64,000 nt of DNA from the NCBI GenBank assembly GCA_028534125.1, contig CM052816.1, positions 47,804,001-47,868,000 of the forward strand. Reading direction: 5' to 3'. The position numbers were made by a program, and so were the translations under genes. Below the pieces are notes generated by a model. It was not told the DNA's origin. It saw only the letters and a program-made list of their open reading frames with translations, and made no database searches. This document shows, one piece after another, positions 57,401-64,000 of the stretch. How positions within the stretch are numbered: position 1 is the stretch's first letter; every line of letters starts with the position of its first letter. This DNA is from Lama glama (Eukaryota).

Positions 57401-59686
57401 ATTTCTCCTCAAGGTGACAAAGCTTTTAAGGTGACTAAAGCAGAAGAGTTGAACCAATTCCCTGTTAGTGTTTGTCTAAATTTTCATTTGCTTGTGAAGT
57501 CTAGGCTTATAGTTTATTGAGCAGAAAATTAGACTGCAATTAAGCGGAAAAATATAGCTAGTGGGCCTAACTTTGGAAGTTACCCGTGTAGACTAAATCA
57601 ATTCCCTCTTCCACATAACGTTTCCTCAAATATCTCAGGAGAGCAATCATATTTTCCTAGGTGTGATGGATTTCCTCAACCATTGTTCAAATGACATGAT
57701 GTGAAGTTCCCTTTACCATTCTCCCAGCTTTCAAAATTATCCTGGTAAGGCTCCTAACCAATTCTAAGAAAAGAAATGTTATCACTGATGTCATTCTACA
57801 TGTAACAGTACTGTAAATATCATCATGAATATAACTTCAGATCACAGTAGCTCCTGGGCAATAAATCACACAGCTCAGTCATACTGAATTTGCCATCAAG
57901 TATTCCTATAATTCTATCCCATGAATCCTCCTCTAAACCAATTCTCTTCATTCTACTTTGATTAGAGTGAGTGACCTGGATTAGAGTGAATGACCTGTAA
58001 TAATTCCTGTCAAATTTCATCTTGCTCGATTTTACTTATTTTATTTATTTTACTATCATTTTGGATCCAGATTTTGACATCACTGTATTTGCTGTCCACT
58101 GTGGCTTTGTATCACGGGCACATTTGCAAAACATGGCCTCAATGTCTTCATGTAAGTTGTTGATACAAATGTTAAATAGGACAGGGTTAAGTATCATATA
58201 ACATTTGATAATTGCCTCAAATTTATTATAAACTAATTAATCAACATCTTAGTCACAATGGTTCAGTTACTAATATATATTTTTAAATACTCTGATAATG
58301 TATTATGTGCTATCTTATGCCTTGATGAATTCTAGCTACATCATGCCTACTACTTTTTCCTGATTTATAAGTCAAGTTACTTATCGAAAGTTATGGCCCT
58401 TGCTTTAAAAAGGTTTGGTTAAAAAACAAGAAACAAAAATAATTGACACATAATTATGTGGGTTAGCACTTTCATAAATTTGTTCTTATTTCTTTTCCAT
58501 TAGAAACCCCCAGTCTTTATTAACTGTGACTAATAAATGGCCTTTAGAATTCAAATTTATTTGGTCTTGGACATTGACAAAATCATGATCCAAAGGTTCC
58601 ATTTTCAAGGTTGAGTCTCGGTTTTATTTATCACCTGTTACTTCCTGATATGGGGATTAATGGGCTTCTGGTTATTAAAGATTGTTTATCTTTCTAATGG
58701 ATCAGTACTAATTATTTTTACTACTTACATTTTCTCATTTCTTCTCCTAGATTAAATTCTTTTTCTGGTCATGATAAGAGCTTATCTCTTTTTACCTGAC
58801 TGCTTTCTCATTTCTAAGTCATCATTTGAATGATCTAGAATATTAGAAACACTGTTAATAAATGACAGGGGTCATGTGGCAGTGATTCTAAAATTCCCTC
58901 CTAAGTCTTTAGCTCAAAGTTGTCCTGAATATAGCTCTGAAAGCATACCAGGGTTTTGTTGGCCTCCTTGTCATTTCTAAAATCATTAATTTTTTTCAGT
59001 CAAAGCTGATATCCCAGTTTTGATATCTTATGCAGTGATAACACTTGTAATGAGTTTCTAAGAATTTATATCTACATGACTAAAGATACAATTCTATACA
59101 CCAAATATATAAATGAGGAGTCCATATGTGCTATCTAATATTTGCCAATACTGACTCAAAATTAATGAAAGTGATCTTAGCTGCATTTTAGTATTATATT
59201 ATTATATTATTAAGGAATTATATAATTAAATATAAATTATATTATTAAATAGTAAATGATTATTACATAATAAATGGGATGAAGGACACATTTAATCATT
59301 AAAGAAGTACTAATTTTATTAAAAAAAGATTATAGGGAAAATTCACAACATTGAATCTTACTGAATGATTTCACTCAATCATCACTATCAGAACAAACAG
59401 CTTTTAGTACCAGATGTTTGTAATGTGGTGCATGCTAAATGTCACCCTCATACAAAATGCTGGCATAATTCAAATAACCAGGCAACCATCATTTCAAGCA
59501 AGAGCTCTCTCACTGTTTGTAAAGTAGGTCTTGCCTTGTGATTAACTCTAGGTTAATCTTCCAGGGTAAGCAAACTAATAAATAATTCAGAAGGAAGATC
59601 ATCTGATCTCTATATGCTATAATGAGCTCCAAAAGAGGGGGAAAAGAAAAATAGAATGGAAGAGAAAAATAGTAAAGAGCTCAAGC

Positions 59687-59820
59687 CAGCAGTTCTTAAC
59701 TGGGGGAGTAATGCTCCTGAGGATACATATTTGGTGTGACAACTTGGGAGGTGCAACTAGGATCCAGGGAGGAGAGGCCAGGAGTCCTACTGAACATTCT
59801 TGAAGGCACCAGGCAGCACT
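59687..59820. mobile_element. MER20-like hAT fragment
   Basis: cagcagttcttaactggggg...gtgacaacttggg...gagaggccagg...ctgaacattct. Confidence 0.6.
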
Positions 59821-62800
59821 GATTCAGAATCAGTTCTAGATTTTAGAGCAATTTTTGTTTTGTTTTGCTTTAAATTCTAAGGGCAATATAAAGTTAATCT
59901 ACTTTATATTGAAAATCAAGGGACTGCCCATGGGATTATAATATCAAGACTCTGACCTTCTATTGCTTCTTATATTGTAAACAGCCTGGTGAGCAGGATT
60001 TGGTCTTTAATTATACTTCTGGTGAACCCTCAGAAAGGTCATAAACAAATGACAAATACACTTCTCTATCATCTTCTAATAACACAATTAATGTCAGCAA
60101 AAATCAGTAAAACATATGGTTTGTAAAATGAAATGGAAGGCTTGTTTAAACATTAGACTGACTACATGATGCATTAAAATGTGTTTATACATATTGTTCT
60201 TCAGAGATGGATTGTTTTTCTAATATTTAATGAGATTTCCTGTACAAAGATTCAAATTCCCCAAGTGTCTACAAAATAATATCCTTAAATACATCTGAGA
60301 AAGACTTAGAGAATTTGAATAATTGCCATGAAAATAATGGATTTTTTACATCACCCTTTCAAATACTTTATTTGAGGGAAAAGTTTTTAAAGGCCACTGT
60401 TTCAATGAGTCAGTTCTCTCTTATTTCATACTCAAATGTGTCATCTGCTTTTCGAGAATATTCAGTGATGAAAAAATGAATGGTATAAACCAAATAGAAA
60501 ACTAAGCATGGAACTAGGCAAAGTGAATGAAATTTTGTAGATGTTAGAGCTTTTCTTTCCAAAGGTAATTTATAGAACTATCTCTAAGATAACTTATTAA
60601 CAGCACATGGTTGAGTACCTTGTACATGGAGAGTGCTATAGCATCCAAGGGAGAATGAAGATGAACTGAGGGGAGTGAAGCCAGAAATAAGAAAAGAGAA
60701 GATAATCTCATTCTTTTCCTATGAAGTCTGCATAGTACATCTGTATCTTTTGTGCAAAATGAAATCCAAAGAGTAGCTTGAAGCATTACTGTGGTTTCAA
60801 TAAGATAGATTCAACCCAAGGAGAATCAAAGGAGAAGAATTTTAATTTCTTTCCTTATGTCCCTCCAGAGTTTAAAAGAGAAATAAGCAAAATCTATATT
60901 AACTGTCCTAATGAAGCACAAGAACTTCTGACATTCCTATTTATGTGGAATTCCTATTTCTGTGGTGCTACAGATTTTATGGTATAAATATTTATATCCT
61001 AGCTCAGTGATCAAAAAGGATAAAAAATTCATTGTTTAAAGAGAATTAAGGAGTCAGAGTTATACTGAGAATATACTTTTACACATTCATGCATTGAACT
61101 AGCATTTGTAAAGAACACGATATGCACTGTGCGAGTAACACAAAGAGCACCACGTAAGATGTCAACCGTAACTCATTAATGTTTCCAGGGATTAAAATGA
61201 TGATATTCAGGAGGTTCTTCGCCTCTTGGAAAAATGAATCAGAGCACATGGGTTCCCATTTTAATTAGGGACCCAACTTAGGGAGAAGTGAATCTTCTTT
61301 TTTGTGAAAAGACTCTGAGTCGGTTAGGAAGGCATTGTCTCTCAGTTTCAACCCACTGTTCTCAGCCTTGGGGTTCTAGGGCCGGCATGTAACAAACTGC
61401 TCTTTCCTTTGCCAGACAGCTCTGTAAAGGGCACCAGAGGGAGCGGGAAGGTTGGAGGGGAGTAAATAGTATTTTACTGCTCTTCCACAAATAGGTAGGT
61501 ATACTCTGTAAAACTCCAAAGCAATCCTGTACTTTCAACATTTAGTCTCCCAGCACTCATTCAGCAACAAATACTGTGTTACAAGTCTCTGTTTTCATAG
61601 ATCTTATGGGGGGAATGTCTCTGCCACCAATTAGCAAACTTCATGTTGGTCAGTTCTTACATTTTCCCTGCTGCCCATGGTTTACAGTGTTAAATAGGTG
61701 TATGACAGCACCACCTTCATCTAACTTGCAATGACTTCACGTGAGCATACTCAGAATAATTCCATTCAGATCAAATGGGCGGGAGGCAGAAGGGGTAGCA
61801 TCTTACCACTTGTCTGATTTGATTCCTACAAAGTAATCATGTTTCACATTTCTAAAAAATTTTTAAGTGTATAATCTGTTCTAACTACTATAACTCACTG
61901 GATAGTTTATTTGACTAGAATTGAAAAAAAAGTCAATATTTTATCTGGATGACATGTGGGATTTTTTAAAACTTGAAGAACCCTGAGAAGATATTAATAT
62001 TTTCTTCCAAAACTCAGAATACCTGAATGATTGGTATACTTCTGTATGAGGTTAGTATTTTTACACTTTTTTCCTTTGAGATCTGTAAGAGAGGTTTATC
62101 CTAAGAAACCAGTGGGACTTTCTATTACTTTTTGGATTTTTATAAATATGTACGATTAAACATAACTGAGCAAACGTGAGTCCTTTAATTTTCCATGCAA
62201 AAATACAATTTTTCCATAAATACTACTTTTTTAATACTCAAATGATATGCATTTGGTTAACCTGTATTCAGAGTGAACAACTTTTTTTCCCAGAAGAAAG
62301 TCTCTGCATCCTGTAATGATCATCTCTTCCTCCACATCTAGATCAAGTCAGTAATCAGCTAAACTTCTAGTATGTTTTGAGTGTTTGCGGCAGACACCAT
62401 GGAACTCCGAAGTCAAGGGCTCCTAACCAGTCCCATGGTGGATTTATCACATTCGCCACTGCTGTGATTTTTTTCTAGGATTCCATTAAGTATAAGAACA
62501 TAAACATTACTGGAAAATTGAGTTTATGAGCCCTGCTGTGTGTTCTTTGTCAACTACTGACATTTTGCAGTTGTTTAGTTACATGAAAATAAGTTCTAAT
62601 TATAAGGCAGATGTATATAAATACACTATATCTTTAGGCAATCACCCTGCAGATAATCTGATTCCTGTGAATATTATAGCACATTAAAAGTGTACATCCT
62701 GGTGATGTACTTTTTAGGTTGATTTAGAATTCACCATGTTAAGGCGTGTTATGATTCTCCCAGTAAGCTCAGACATTCTGCAAACTACTTTAAAATGCCA

Positions 62801-64000
62801 AGCACTGCACATCAAAGACCTACATAGATTTTCCTAGATTCTTATATTAAAAACATAAAAAAGAAAGATAGCCTTCTAATTGATATTAAAGATAGAATCT
62901 AATAATTCTTCTTCCAAGTGAAATTCGAAGAAATGGGCTTTTCTTGTGGGCTTGTCAAGATCTATCAAGAGTGAGACAAGATTCTTGCTGCATTTGCAGG
63001 AAAATACTAATTTTAATTATTATTCTCTGAGTCTAGGCTGTGACATTTAGCCAAGGAGAACTTTTATCTTAATTATGTATGAAGAATCCACTATGTGCAA
63101 GGCACTTAGGTACCTTTGTTCCTACTGGAGGACAGAATAAGGAAAAGTCGACTAAAAGCAGAGGAAGAATGAGGGAGAACTCCAAGGTTGTTAGTTACAG
63201 ATTAACTGAGTGTTCTGTTAAGGCAGATAGGAAACTTCAGCAGTAAAAGTGGAGTTGGTTTACACAATCTCTCCAGTAAAATTTAGGAAAACCAGGTAAA
63301 TTCACCAAATATTCCATTGTAATGTAAAGAATTCTCCAGTACTTACTCTGTTCATATTCCTCCTGTGTCTCTGAGAATCAAAATGATTTGTAAGTCATTT
63401 ATAATGGTATCCAAACCCACAGAAATAAGTTAAACATATAAAAAATCTTTCTGATATTATGAAGACAAAGTCTCATATTTAGTTGTTTTGTATACGTTAG
63501 AGAATAAAATATCCAAATAAGCCATTAGCTTCTTTTCTCAAATTTTGTGTATGAGGAACCACTAGGTGACAGTGTGACTTTAGAACAAAAAGAGCATACT
63601 TTTTCCGAGTTCAATTTGAAAATTTGAAAACATAGCAGTTAGGCTTAAGCTACCTTTAATTTTGGAGACAACAAAAAACTACTACTTCTAGAGATGCTTC
63701 CAGGCAAGAAAAAAATGAGGTTAAAAGGTTAAAGTATTTGTTATTATCCCTGTTGACTCAAATTTCTCTTTCCATAGTATGACAGAATTTTCAGTGAGAG
63801 ATGCTTTTCATCATGCAGCAGAAAGTCTGTTTACAAATTTTCATTATTTAAGGTACTATTGCTGGTTTCTAGTTTTTCTAGATGGTTCTTAAGTTACCTA
63901 TAATCATGTCTGTTCCTCATCGATCTAAATTTTAAGGCAGAGTAGCATTTCGATTTGTATATTTACTTTCCAGAAAATTAAAAAGACATAGTCTTTGTTC

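Noticed and set aside
57960..57997. 19-bp tandem repeat gattagagtga(g/a)tgacctg; similar micro-duplications near 4900 and 33470
   Set aside because: Two-copy slippage duplications without spacers; not CRISPR-like or otherwise structured
59190..59275. Extremely AT-rich tract
   Set aside because: Ordinary low-complexity (TAT)n-like decay
1..64000. Remaining 60-147 aa ORFs in the track
   Set aside because: Low-complexity, many with non-ATG starts, often within L1/L2/DNA transposon fossils; no recognisable domains or splice-consistent structure

Overview
Mammalian, AT-rich, repeat-rich genomic DNA, probably camelid judging by two tRNA-derived SINEs (inference). The left 25.4 kb holds ten consecutive internal coding exons of RASA1 (p120 RasGAP) on the minus strand. 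They match exons 2-11 as I recall them from human and encode N-SH2, SH3, C-SH2 and the start of the PH domain. They total 1071 nt, splice in frame with no stops, and include one non-canonical GC-AG intron. Exon 1 and exons 12 onward are not in the window. The rest is intronic or intergenic sequence with old transposon fossils (L1, L2, MIR, hAT-Charlie, Tigger, a piggyBac fossil, a MER21-like LTR). A 500-N assembly gap at 43714-44213 is flanked by two young L1 pieces in opposite orientation, so contiguity across it is doubtful. I found no convincing previously undescribed biological system. Repeat family names come from recalled consensus sequences, not a database search, and repeat boundaries are approximate unless TSDs are cited.
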